NCBI RefSeq assembly: GCF_001194135.2
Contig: NC_068996.1
Span: forward strand, 55,427,931 to 55,491,930
Source: Octopus bimaculoides
Lineage: Eukaryota
Direction of reading: 5' to 3'
Length of the DNA stretch: 64,000 nt
The translations under genes and the position numbers were made by a program. Positions within the stretch are counted from its first letter, which is position 1; each line of letters opens with the position of its first letter. Below, piece by piece: positions 39,126 through 51,954 of this stretch. The notes beneath the pieces are model-generated. The model was not told the DNA's origin. It was given only the letters and a program-made list of their open reading frames with translations, and did no database searches.

Positions 39126-40894
39126 NNNNNNNNNNNNNNNNNNNNNNNNNNNNNNNNNNNNNNNNNNNNNNNNNNNNNNNNNNNNNNNNNNNNNNNNNNN
39201 NNNNNNNNNNNNNNNNNNNNNNNNNNNNNNNNNNNNNNNNNNNNNNNNNNNNNNNNNNNNNNNNNNNNNNNNNNNNNNNNNNNNNNNNNNNNNNNNNNNN
39301 NNNNNNNNNNNNNNNNNNNNNNNNNNNNNNNNNNNNNNNNNNNNNNNNNNNNNNNNNNNNNNNNNNNNNNNNNNNNNNNNNNNNNNNNNNNNNNNNNNNN
39401 NNNNNNNNNNNNNNNNNNNNNNNNNNNNNNNNNNNNNNNNNNNNNNNNNNNNNNNNNNNNNNNNNNNNNNNNNNNNNNNNNNNNNNNNNNNNNNNNNNNN
39501 NNNNNNNNNNNNNNNNNNNNNNNNNNNNNNNNNNNNNNNNNNNNNNNNNNNNNNNNNNNNNNNNNNNNNNNNNNNNNNNNNNNNNNNNNNNNNNNNTCTC
39601 TCTCTCTCTCTCTCTTTCTTTTTACCCTCTCTCTACCCCCCCTCTCTCTCTCCCTCTTACTATTACTGCAGCCGCTGCTACTACTTCCAACCACCTTGCT
39701 GAAAGAACAGATCAATATATTGGATGGGTTATAGGATGATGGAGAAGGAGGAGCAGGAGAAGAAGAAGAAATTTATAAATAAGATTAAAAGAAAAACGAA
39801 AAAAAAAAGAAAAAATTATGGAATTTAAAAAAAAATTATTCCTATTAAATACAAAAACAAGTCTGCTGAAAATTCAGGAAGAATTCTAAAAGACAAGGAA
39901 GGCGTACAGTCTTGTGTCGTGGTAGTTATTTGATACTTCTTCCGCTTTCAGCCAAAGCCGCCGTCTTGGTGGTGGTGATAATGATGATGATGGGGTGGTG
40001 GTGTTTAATTCCCCATCCCCACCGCAGACAAGTCCTGACTGGGTAGCTCAATGATCAAATGCCTTCCAGCCGTGACCATCCCAATCTTTTGAATACACAT
40101 TTGTTTAATGTGTCGTTATAAAGTATAATATGAAGGAATTTGGCTTCTCTTTCTAGCGCATAGTTCCCATTGAATGATGTTGGTCATTGATCACTTTGAT
40201 ATCACCACCATCACCCCACCACCACTACTACTACTACTACTGCTGCTACCGTTATTTACCGGCGGTGATGTTTTATTGCTTGGTCACTACGGACACCACC
40301 CAGACACTGGTTAGGATAATGACGGAGGCGGTAATATCTTCGCGATGGTCACGATTATGACGGCGATGACAACAGTGATGATAATGATGATGATGGTCAC
40401 GATGATCTGATTGCTTTGGTGGTAGCGGCGGCGGCGAATTGGTTCTGGTTGCGATGATGATGATAGTGGTGGTGGTGGTAATGGTGGTAGTGATGGCGGT
40501 CTCTTATGCAGGACGCTAAGACTTAGAATTGTTTTATTTTACTAAAAGAGAAATGCTACTAGGTGGCAATCATGAGTGAAATGGGGGGGGGGATCAGTAA
40601 TCCCTATTCAAACTAGACTTTGCCTTTCATCCTTTCGGGGTCGATAAATTAAGTACCAATGAAACACTGAGTTCGATGTAATCGAGTAGTCCCCTCCCCT
40701 CAAGTTTCAGGCCTTGTGCCTATAATAAAAAGGATTATTCGGGGCCAGTGTTGCCTTTTATCCACCTGCCTTGGGGGAGGGGTGTCTGTATCGAAAACTG
40801 GCCCCCACCCTTCAAAATTACTAGTCTTGTGTTCAAGTCAGAAACCATTAATATTGTTGCATGTTTATAAATACATGAACACAGACACACGTTT

Positions 40895-40903
40895 GTCTGT
40901 CTG

Positions 40904-40958
<55 letters not shown>

Positions 40959-40968
40959 GTCCGTCTAT

Positions 40969-41010
<42 letters not shown>

Positions 41011-41032
41011 GTCTGTCTGTCTGTCTGTCTGT
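40895..41032. repeat. (TCTG)n/(TCTA)n compound microsatellite
   Basis: Direct observation. Confidence 0.97.
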
Positions 41033-41057
41033 ATCAACATATATATAGTATATATAG

Positions 41058-41216
41058 ACAGGTGTGGCCGAGTGGTAAGTAGCTTGCTTACCAGCCACAT
41101 GGTTCCGCGTTCAGTCCGACTGTGTGGCACCTTGGACAAGTGTCTTCTACTATAACTTTGGGCCAATGAAAGCCTTGTGAGTGGATTTGGTAGATGAAAA
41201 CTGGAAGAAGCCCATC

Positions 41217-41280
<64 letters not shown>

Positions 41281-41510
41281 ATGTGTATATGTTTGTGTGT
41301 GTGTATGTTTGTGTTTGTCCCCCTACCATCGCTTGACAATCGATGCTGGTGTGTTTACGTCCCCGTTACGTAGAGATACGGCAAAAAGGACCGATAGAAT
41401 AAATCGTAGAGTTACAAAGAATAAATCCTGGGGTTGATTTGTTCGACTAAAGATGGTGCTCCAGCATGGCTGCAGTCAAATGACTGAAACAAATCAGAGA
41501 ATAAAAGAAT
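41058..41510 (+). mobile_element. Family B tRNA-derived SINE with long internal (TA)n
   Basis: Homologous along its length to 35140-35562. Confidence 0.85.
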
Positions 41511-41839
41511 ATATATATAATATATATTTATAAATGTTCTATATTATACACAGCCTTGGTTTTTTTATCTCATTACGAAAAGTAAATTCTTATATATATA
41601 TGTAGGGTCCGCCAAATCAGAAAGATCCTATATATATATATATATCTGTCGGTCGGTCTGTCTGCCTGCCTGCCTGCCTGCCTGTCTATAACTATCAACA
41701 CACACACATATATATATATACACACACACACACAAACACACATACATACATATTATATATAGGCCGGTCCAGTGGCCTGTTACTCTGTATTTCCGACAAT
41801 GTAAAGCCCGTTCTCTACAGATGCATACACACAATATAG

Positions 41840-41888
<49 letters not shown>

Positions 41889-42165
41889 CGAGACGAAAGA
41901 AGGCAATCATATAAAGGGCGTGGTGTACATGCGAACACACACACACACACCGCCACTCACACTGAATCACTGCTGCACTCAGACTTAACGCTAAACTCCT
42001 CTACATCAATGAACGGTGCAGATTAACAAATAGCGCCACACTAAAACATCATGCTTAGCGTGTCTCTGCCTCTCTCTCATCAGACTCTTCCTGATGATGA
42101 TATCATGTCCTTTTTCCGTTTCCATATGATTTCTCTATTAGTTAGTCAGCTGCCTTAACATTTCT

Positions 42166-42210
<45 letters not shown>

Positions 42211-43231
42211 TGTCTTCCTCACTCTGTATCTCTTTCTCACTCGCTCATTTTTTCTCTCTCTCTCTCCCTTGCTATTTATCTATGTCTATATACCTACCTG
42301 TTTGTTTATTACACTGCTTAACTAACTTATCAAACTACATATTTTCAGGTATTTCTACCTACCTACCTACCTACCTACCTACCTACCTACCTACCTACCT
42401 ACCTACATACATACATACAGAGTTCTACCCTCATGCATGCCTGCGTGCATGTATGTATGTATTCACATACATAGAGATTGAAAAGATCCCTCATATATAT
42501 GTATATATTTATATACTTTATTAAAAAGCAGCAAAAATATAACAAAAGACTGTTACTCAGAGTTTCACTTTCCCTTTCGTCGGACGGGAACGTGAAACTC
42601 TGAGTAACAGTTTTTGTGATATTTTTACTGCTTTTTAATAAAAGCATATTACTCTACCTCCGGTATTCAAGTACTATTCTTTCCCACCTTGTTTCGCATT
42701 TATGTGCTTACTCTGGTGTATACTTATATACATAGATTTCATAGATACATACACATACTCATACGTACATAAATTGACGTCCATCCATCTGATCATCCAG
42801 CCATCCATAGATAGAAATACACACACACACACATATGTACATGTTTACACACACACACACACACACACACATCCATCCATCCCTACATACATGTACACCA
42901 CACACATACACGCTAGTCTATTTTATTACAGTTCTAAGTGCATTTCTCTCTTCATACATTCGTTTCTTTGGTAACTGGTGCTGATACAAAAAAGACCACC
43001 CTGTTTTATGCGGTGTTGCATATTTATTATAGCCAGCAGCAGCAGCAGCAATCTACTGTCAACACCTTAACTACCGTCCTGTGCACGCTTTCCATTTCTG
43101 GTACCATTCGTACAACCTCGGTTCCATTTTTTTTTAGAAGCAACGGTTGCAACGTGTTGTCACAAAAAATGTCGTATAGGGGTGAGATTGCGCGCGCGCG
43201 CGCGCGCGTGTGACAGTGAGAGATAGATATC

Positions 43232-43710
43232 TTTTTATTATAGCCACACAGGGCTAAATACAGAAAATGGACAAATTACAAAGTAGAGCTTTTTNNNNNN
43301 NNNNNNNNNNNNNNNNNNNNNNNNNNNNNNNNNNNNNNNNNNNNNNNNNNNNNNNNNNNNNNNNNNNNNNNNNNNNNNNNNNNNNNNNNNNNNNNNNNNN
43401 NNNNNNNNNNNNNNNNNNNNNNNNNNNNNNNNNNNNNNNNNNNNNNNNNNNNNNNNNNNNNNNNNNNNNNNNNNNNNNNNNNNNNNNNNNNNNNNNNNNN
43501 NNNNNNNNNNNNNNNNNNNNNNNNNNNNNNNNNNNNNNNNNNNNNNNNNNNNNNNNNNNNNNNNNNNNNNNNNNNNNNNNNNNNNNNNNNNNNNNNNNNN
43601 NNNNNNNNNNNNNNNNNNNNNCATCCTCCTTTTCAAGTGGTACTTGAAAAAGTTGACGAGGGATTGACCAGAGAGGAAAGTGTTTGTTTGTAGACCTTTC
43701 AAACGCGTGA
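43232..43710 (-). mobile_element. 3' end of a probable L1/Tx1-like LINE (mostly gap)
   Basis: Minus-strand [29 protein letters not shown] resembles L1/Tx1 ORF2 C-termini as I recall them. Ends tctgtatttagccctgtgtggctataataaaaag. gagatagata occurs on both sides. Confidence 0.45.
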
Positions 43711-43765
43711 GATAGATAGACAGATAGACAGGTAGATAGACAGACAGACAGACAGATAGATAGAC

Positions 43766-43823
<58 letters not shown>

Positions 43824-43871
43824 ACAGACAGACAGATAGACAGACAGACAGACAAATAGATAGACAGACAT

Positions 43872-43904
<33 letters not shown>

Positions 43905-44089
43905 CAAATAAATAGATAGATAGATTGAGACTGTGTGGGAGAGAAAATTTGAAAGAGAGGAAAAGAAGGATCCAGTACTTGAGTGGTAATTTATTTTATC
44001 CTGTCACCACCGCCACCTCCACCACCACGATTAAAGTAAACAAGTTGCCCTCAGCAAGATTTGAACTTAGAATGGAAGCAGCTGAAACG

Positions 44090-44300
44090 AACTATTGGTT
44101 TCAAATTTTGGTACAAGGCCAGCAATTTCAAGGAAAGAAAGTTGATTACATCAACCTCCAGTGTACAACTGATACATTTTAACCGACCCCTAAAAGGATA
44201 AAAGGCAAAGTCAACCTCAGCGGAATTTGAACTCAGGACGTAAAGACGGACGTAAAGCTGTTAAGCATTTTGCCCGGTGTGCTAACGATTCTGCCAAACT
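44090..44300 (-). mobile_element. Family C SINE
   Basis: aggataaaaggcaaagtcaacctcagcggaatttgaactcaggacgtaaagacggac, reverse-complement homology to 12315-12525. Confidence 0.75.
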
Positions 44301-44880
44301 GACCGCATTAAACCAGAAACAAACTAGCAGCCTCACATGCATGCACACACACACACACACACACGCTCGCACACACACGCACACACGCACACACACGCGC
44401 ACATACACACACACACACACGCATATACGCACCTACACGCACGCACGCACACACACACATACTCATATACATAATGATCTAATAATAGCGGTGATGGTGA
44501 TGATGATGATGATGACGGCAACGTCTTCTTCCGTATAACATAGGACTCGCAATCGTTTTATTTCGCTTTCCTTTTACATATTTAAGGAAGCTGCCACAGT
44601 GTGGCAACCATGCGTGAAATGGGTATCGAATGTAATCCGAAGATGTAATCCACTGGTGATAATCCAATGGCAATTCCAGGTGGCATTCCGATGGTGTAAC
44701 AGTTAGAAGTATCAGGGTGGGAATGGTGGCGGATGTGAGAAGCGCGTGATGACATTTCTATTTCAAACTCTCTCAACAAGAAAAAAAAAATTATGAAATA
44801 TTTATTGTTGCTTTTGTGTTATTTTCATCGCTCTGTCTGTTTGCTTGCCTGTCTGTCTGCTTCTTTACTTACATACACGC

Positions 44881-44931
<51 letters not shown>

Positions 44932-44959
44932 CACACACACACACTCTTCGAAATTCTGG

Positions 44960-45498
44960 TGAAAGCCGTGTACAACAATTGAAAGGATAAAATACAAATA
45001 CGGAAGAATTTATCCCATCATACAACTGCAATCCCAAAATCTTTAGGATTTCGGGCACTTGGGAAAAAGTTTCTATCCTTCATCTGGAAAACGCCAAGGT
45101 TCACAGAAGAAGAAACGAATCAAGCCTCGCAGCTGAAGACAGACGAGGCATTAAAAATGTCTTCTGACTGAAAACGGAGAAAAGGAAGACAAAAATCTAA
45201 TACAAAAAACCAGAACAAGGAAATACGGAGGGTAAGCAATGGTGCTTTTCGACTTAAGACAATGGAAATACTGGCGTAGATCGAAAATTAAACTTTCGAC
45301 GGTTGTACGAATGCATTGAGACATGTTTTGTGAGTGAGACGCTCGTAAGACAAAAGGCCAACAGAAAGGAATGTTTGGTTATCAGCAGAAACAGGTGGCA
45401 AGAATGGGAAAGAGGGTAAGGAACAAGGAGAGAGAAGGAGAGAAACGGAGAGAAGGAGAGAAAGAGAGAGAAAGAGAGAGAGAGAGGTGATGCAAGAA

Positions 45499-45573
<75 letters not shown>

Positions 45574-45830
45574 AAAGACACCTTTGCTTATATTCAGTTC
45601 TTGTCTTTTCTTTAACATCATTTTTTTATCACTATTTCTCCAGTGTTTCGTACTTCATTTCGTTTTCTGTGAATCTTGGCGTTTTTTTTCATATTGAAGG
45701 ATACCAACATTTTCCCAAGTGTTGAAATCCTAAAGATTCTGGAATGAATGTCGGCTGGTGAAATGGATTTAGCTGTACATGTATTTTGTCCTTTCCGTTA
45801 GTTGTTAGTTGTATACGTCTTTGACCATTA
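44960..45830. repeat. Old long inverted-repeat pair (foldback/MITE-like) around a (GA)n-containing interior
   Basis: aatctttaggatttcgggcacttgggaaaaagtttctatcctt (~45038-45080) is mirrored at ~45697-45740. Homology extends ~120 bp outward. Confidence 0.55.
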
Positions 45831-45925
45831 TATTGAATTTTCCTTTCTATCATACAGTTTGTCATAACTAATTTATATACATACACACGTGCACACATAC
45901 ATGCACATATACATACATACATACA

Positions 45926-45958
<33 letters not shown>

Positions 45959-45960
<2 letters not shown>

Positions 45961-46244
45961 CAAAAAAGCAACACGGATTTTAAAGGTTACTGCAGTACAA
46001 TCGTTTCATGCTACTCCATTTATTTAATGTAATGCAAGCATTACATTAAATGCAATATGTAGAGCAATTTTCAGCTGCACAAAGATATAGAAACTTTACT
46101 GAAAACTTCAGCAGAATGGACATATTACTGTTGTGGCAACATTTAAAATCTAGGTGGGAAGAAGAATACATAAAAACCATCTTGACATAGCCAATGTATT
46201 CTTTAAAATCCGTGTTGTTTTTTTTTTATTTTTGATCACCTTGT
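45959..46244. mobile_element. Tc1/mariner-type MITE
   Basis: caacacggattttaaag (45969-45985) is exactly inverted at 46201-46217. The right end tttttgatcaccttgt resembles a mariner-type terminus. The left end abuts (TA)n. Confidence 0.65.
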
Positions 46245-46656
46245 TTTTGGAATTGTTTGGGTAATACCATACTATATTCTAGTGCCTAAACTTAAGGGCC
46301 ACATTCAATTTTGAATCTAAATTTATAATATATATATATGTATACACTATCAATGCATCCTGACGTTGCCAAGGTGTTATGACCTACAGCCACATTGTAT
46401 TATTTTTTCCTTTCTTATAGGCAGAATCGATACACGAGGAGTATGAAACAAACAACACTTCTTTGTAAACATGTTTTCCAGTCATTTTCTGATGAACAAT
46501 GCTGCAGTTTCCGTCTACCAAATTCAGTCACAAGTCTGTGGTTGGCCTAGGGTTATAGCAGAAAACACTTGCCCAAGGTACCATACAGAGGGACTGGACG
46601 TGGAACCATGTTCCTAGGAAGCAAACTTCTCAACCGCACACTCATTCTTGCATCTA

Positions 46657-46696
<40 letters not shown>

Positions 46697-47124
46697 CCAT
46701 TTGTTGTTAAATCGAGTATTGTGTCCCACTCTGTCTCAAAGTTAGCAGTTCATCAAGCGGAGACCTATAAAATAAATGCTTGATTGAAATACGTACAGAG
46801 GTCAGTATGATCGATTAAATTTCTAAAGGTGACACCCCATCATGGCGACAGTCGAAAGACTAAACCCAGTTAAATAATGTTTAAAGACTTAATGGCTTCA
46901 AATTTAAAGCAATGGTTTACTAACCACAAGATAATGAGTTTAAAACTTCGCATTGAACTTTCACTCTATACGATAATACTATATGTACATCTCAGTCTAC
47001 TTGACTTCCAACAATTAACAATTGTAATCTGAAACTGAATAGTTAGCAGTAAGAAAGATGTCCAGATTTCCTTAAAAATTATTGTTCAAAATATTTTGAG
47101 AAAAAGTAATTTTTTCACCACGAC

Positions 47125-47180
<56 letters not shown>

Positions 47181-47749
47181 TTTCTATAATAACTTGAACT
47201 ACTACAAATAGCAGCCAAATCTCTCTTAAAACACACCCTTTCATCAAATGAAAGACAGACATACAGTATTTCAGGAAGAAAAAAAAAAACAACGAAAAAA
47301 AAACTATGCAATGGCTCTGCTACTTCTTGGCTAAACAAAACACAGACAAACATACGTCACATTAAAAGATTATCTACTAAATAATACTAATAAAGTAAAC
47401 GGTATATCTTCAAAATTTCATTCCCTGGTAAAACTTCATGTATTTTAAACATTTTCTCATTATGTTCTATGTAAGACATATTGTTCAGACAGAGTTGCCC
47501 CCTTTAGCTAAAGACCTCAAAATTGTGCGACCCGACCACGTGTCCAAGGTTATTTTTGTTGTAAAAAAGAGTTGAGGAGTTGTTATTTGGTAGCCGAAAG
47601 ATTACTAAATATTTTGATACCTCATATGTCAAAATCGGCAACTCATGTATATCTATACATGTGTGCGTGTGTATGGATATGTGTGTATGTATGGGTACGT
47701 AATACACATATATGTTTGTGTGTGTATGTGCATGTACATATACATGTTT

Positions 47750-48110
47750 GTCTGGTCTATTGGCCTTAATTTCTCTATCTGTGTGTATTGGCATATCCCA
47801 GAGTATGGTTGCTTTCTCGTTTTCTGTGACCTTTTCTGGCGTGTGTTTATACCATCTTCTTTTTGTTGTTATTCTATAGTGTTGGCATAGCTTCCAGTGT
47901 ATATAGGTCCCAGCTCTGTCGTGTCTGTGAATATATTCCTTCTTAGCCAGGACTGGGCAGCCAGAGATAATATGATTTATTGTTTCTTGTCCATCTCCAC
48001 ATATTCTACAGTTACTTGTTATGTTTCTTTTCATTATATGTTTTTGGTAATTTCTGGTGGGGAGGCTTTGGTCTTGTGCAGCAATTAAAAATCCTTCAGT
48101 CTCTGCTTTG
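47750..48110 (-). mobile_element. R4/Dong-like LINE internal fragment (CCHC zinc finger to start of the endonuclease domain)
   Basis: KAETEGFLIAAQDQSLPTRNY..CRICGDGQETINHIISGCPVLAKKEYIHRHD..ILWDMPIHTDREIKANRPD. Confidence 0.9.
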
Positions 48111-48669
48111 NNNNNNNNNNNNNNNNNNNNNNNNNNNNNNNNNNNNNNNNNNNNNNNNNNNNNNNNNNNNNNNNNNNNNNNNNNNNNNNNNNNNNNNNNN
48201 NNNNNNNNNNNNNNNNNNNNNNNNNNNNNNNNNNNNNNNNNNNNNNNNNNNNNNNNNNNNNNNNNNNNNNNNNNNNNNNNNNNNNNNNNNNNNNNNNNNN
48301 NNNNNNNNNNNNNNNNNNNNNNNNNNNNNNNNNNNNNNNNNNNNNNNNNNNNNNNNNNNNNNNNNNNNNNNNNNNNNNNNNNNNNNNNNNNNNNNNNNNN
48401 NNNNNNNNNNNNNNNNNNNNNNNNNNNNNNNNNNNNNNNNNNNNNNNNNNNNNNNNNNNNNNNNNNNNNNNNNNNNNNNNNNNNNNNNNNNNNNNNNNNN
48501 NNNNNNNNNNNNNNNNNNNNNNNNNNNNNNNNNNNNNNNNNNNNNNNNNNNNNNNNNNNNNNNNNNNNNNNNNNNNNNNNNNNNNNNNNNNNNNNNNNNN
48601 NNNNNNNNNNNNNNNNNNNNNNNNNNNNNNNNNNNNNNNNNNNNNNNNNNNNNNNNNNNNNNNNNNNNN

Positions 48670-48760
48670 AGAAGAAGAAGAAGAAGAAGAAGAAGAAGAA
48701 GAAGAAGAAGAAGAAGAAGAAGAAGAAGAAGAAGAAGAAGAAGAAGAAGAAGAAGAAGAA
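48670..48760. repeat. (AAG)n microsatellite abutting a gap
   Basis: Direct observation. Confidence 0.97.
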
Positions 48761-49349
48761 GGAGAAGAAGAAGAGAGGGAGGGAGAGACGGGGAAAGTAT
48801 TTGAGTATTTGATGACCTTCAGAAGCTGACCTCAGGAAAACTGGCCCAATAATGTGAGGGCATGAATGTCTATGACTGCTGACAGCTGTAGGTATGGCAC
48901 ATGAAAAGAGATGGAAGATTGTAATAAAATGTGAATTCTTCCGAGATTATAAAAATGAAAGTTTTAAGCAGATTTTCCATAATTCAAGAATACTTTAACA
49001 AATGAAATAAGGTTCTGGAAGCAAAACAAAAAGAAACCTTTTACATGTAGATGTGTTCATGGCAGTATGGTTACGAAGCTCGCTTCCCAACCACCTAGTT
49101 CCGGGTTCAACCCCACTGCGTGGCTCTTTGCGCAAGTGCCTTCTACTTTAGTTTTGGGCCGACAAATGCCTTGTGAGTAAATTTGACAGACAGAAGCTAA
49201 AAGAAGTCCGTCATATGTATGTGTATCAGTGACATAGCTAAATAAGGGAGCAAGGGGACCGACCGCTTCCCACCTGGTCACATTTTTCAAAATTGGCCCC
49301 TTTTCAACATATTTTTTTATTCTTTAGTTACGTGTATCATTAGCTGTTG

Positions 49350-49710
49350 TAAGCTGGGCTTCGATGAAATCGACGATGCAGACGATTGTGATTTATTTGA
49401 ACCGCATTCAGAAGAAATGACTAACCACAAACCTCTTAATTGAAAATCAATAGAACACACTGGAAACAATGGACAATCAAATACGGAATGAAAACGAACG
49501 ATATGCGAAGGAAATGACTGCGAAAGAATTTAATGGGAGGCTGCACGAATTCGGAAAGGTCAAGCTACTAAACTATGTATAAATCGCGACGTTAATGTCG
49601 AACGAAATTTCGCGAAATGTGGACAAAAAATTCTTCACTCTTCGCTACTAAAGGCAGATATTCGCAGAGTACAGAAAAAAAAAGTAGTAAAAAGAAGGGA
49701 AAAGAAATCT
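49350..49710 (+). mobile_element. pogo/Tigger-like transposase C-terminal remnant
   Basis: Broken translation LGFDEIDDADDCDLFEPHSEEMTN / KEMTAKEFN / DVNVERNFAK resembles the acidic Tigger-type tail (GF.EV...SH.EELTNE.L; DPNVER..K). Confidence 0.5.
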
Positions 49711-50136
49711 AAGAAAAAAATGTCGCTTAATTTAAACGTGATTAAGAATATAAAAAATTGTATTCATAAAACTACTTAATCATTGCTTTTATGTAGTAAA
49801 GAATAATGCTTCATCTCTGCTAAACTGTTGAATAATGAATACACATTCACTGTTCATTATTTTAGATAAGTAAATAACAACAAAGAAAGGAAAACATTAT
49901 TATATTACTTTGAAATTTTAAAGAAAATTGCTCAAAGAATTTCAACTAAGCATCTTGAAACAAACATACGCCTGCGCGCGCACACACGCATCACACACAC
50001 ACACACACGTTCAAGCCTACATATAAACGTTTGTGTNNNNNNNNNNNNNNNNNNNNNNNNNNNNNNNNNNNNNNNNNNNNNNNNNNNNNNNNNNNNNNNN
50101 NNNNNNNNNNNNNNNNNNNNNNNNNNNNNNNNNNNN

Positions 50137-50425
50137 GCACACATTTCTTTCTTTACTTTTCATCAGGTTTTGTCTGAGTGATACAAAGCTGCTTCGACAG
50201 ACCTCATGCCTCTACCACCATCATTTCATGGTATGCACACATTTCTTTCTTTACTGTTCAACAGGTTTTGTCTGAGTGATACAATGCTGCTTCGACTGAC
50301 CTCATGCCTCTACCACCATCATTTCATGGGATGCACACATTTCTTTCTTTACTGTTCATCAGGTTTTGTCTGAGTGATACAATGCTGCTTCGACTGACCT
50401 CATGCCTCTACCACCATCATTTCAT
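50137..50425. repeat. 98-bp tandem repeat, three copies visible (first abuts a gap)
   Basis: Units start at 50137, 50235 and 50333 and are near-identical. Confidence 0.95.
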
Positions 50426-51954
50426 CTCACATAAACCCTGTGGAAGTCGCTGTTGAAGTGACAGCTGCCAGTGGTGGTCAGTATCTTTTGGGGGTTTTCA
50501 TGTATGTATGTATGTATGTATGTATGTATATATGTATGCATGTATGTATGTATGTATGTATGTATGTATGTATGCATGTATGTATGTATGTATGTATGTA
50601 TGCATGTATGTATGTATGTATGTATGTATGTATGTATGTATGTGCTTGTGTGTGTGTGCATGTGTGTATATATATNNNNNNNNNNNNNNNNNNNNNNNNN
50701 NNNNNNNNNNNNNNNNNNNNNNNNNNNNNNNNNNNNNNNNNNNNNNNNNNNNNNNNNNNNNNNNNNNNNNNNNNNNNNNNNNNNNNNNATATATATATAT
50801 ATATATATATAATTTTTTTGTTTCAGAATGGGGTAAAAATCCAAGCCTGTGAAGATTTTAGAACATTTATAAATAGGTCTTACAGCTGTTTCCAGGATAT
50901 TTATTATATCCCTTCATTGGAGATGGTGTGACAAAATGGTTAAGCAATAGTTATTCTAGAGAAGATACGAAATAGAGAGTGAAGTGGATGAATGAAAATA
51001 GATGTGAGATATGCAGGGATCTTGCATTTGTAGATCCATTATTTAGGCAGAATGGTATATATATATATAAGGTTCCAATACCTTGTGAGTAAATTCTAAT
51101 AGTATTTAAAATTGGTCATTCCAAGTATAGAGTTTGTGCACAGTGCTATTGAATCAAGGGTTTTATAGATATTCAGTTGAATTAGGTACTTAAATCGAGG
51201 CATCTTGTTAGGACGAACACACACACACACACACACACACTCCTTTGGGAATGGTAGATATCGAAACAGGTTAATATTGGGTTAAAAATCCTCTTCGATG
51301 GAGAAATTCGAAGGCAACTCTTGGGACACAACTCACATTTGTAAACATGACAGTCGTGTTTCAATTATCTCCAATTGATTAACCTTTCTCTATCCAATTC
51401 TTTGGATCATGTTACGTGCAGATATTATTTAAATTGTCACAGATCAAAATTGTTCTGAATGTGTGATAAAAAGAAATATTGTGATATAATTTTGCGAAAA
51501 AATTCAAAATATTTAATTTCTGAAGATCTGTAGCGATTGGGGAAAGCAGATATTCCTTGGTAAGACAACGAATTTGTAAAATATAACTATACGTGTAGAC
51601 ACATACATAAACATAAACATACCTACGGATATACATATATATGTACACATGCATAAAAACCTACTTACACACACACATACACTCTAACGTATTAATTAAA
51701 AAGAGACAAATTTCAAGGTCGATAATACTCCTCATCAAAGCCAACATATATCTAAACACAGAGGAGGGTATATATAAGCCATTATAAGTATGCGAACATA
51801 TAACATATAAAAACATATATATTCATATAATAATGTAATGCCGTGCCCGAATCAAAGTCAGACAAATAATGGCGTAAAAAGATACAGACAAATCAAAAAG
51901 TCTCAAGCTGATGAGATGAAAGTTCACAATAATCTAAAAAGGGAAGTTCTCAAA

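Noticed and set aside
46405-46470. Plus-strand exon after a strong polypyrimidine acceptor
   Set aside because: Short, no recognisable peptide, and no partner exons identified.
50155-50170. CUGAUGA in the 98-bp repeat as a tandem hammerhead
   Set aside because: No stem II or correctly placed stem III/UH triplet can be formed. CUGAUGA hits at ~1495 and ~58080 lie inside LINE coding sequence.
51700-51740. Third hammerhead-like motif (UUGAUGA..CCUUGAAA, minus strand)
   Set aside because: The core is mutated at C3, stem II is mostly wobble pairs, and no stem III is evident.
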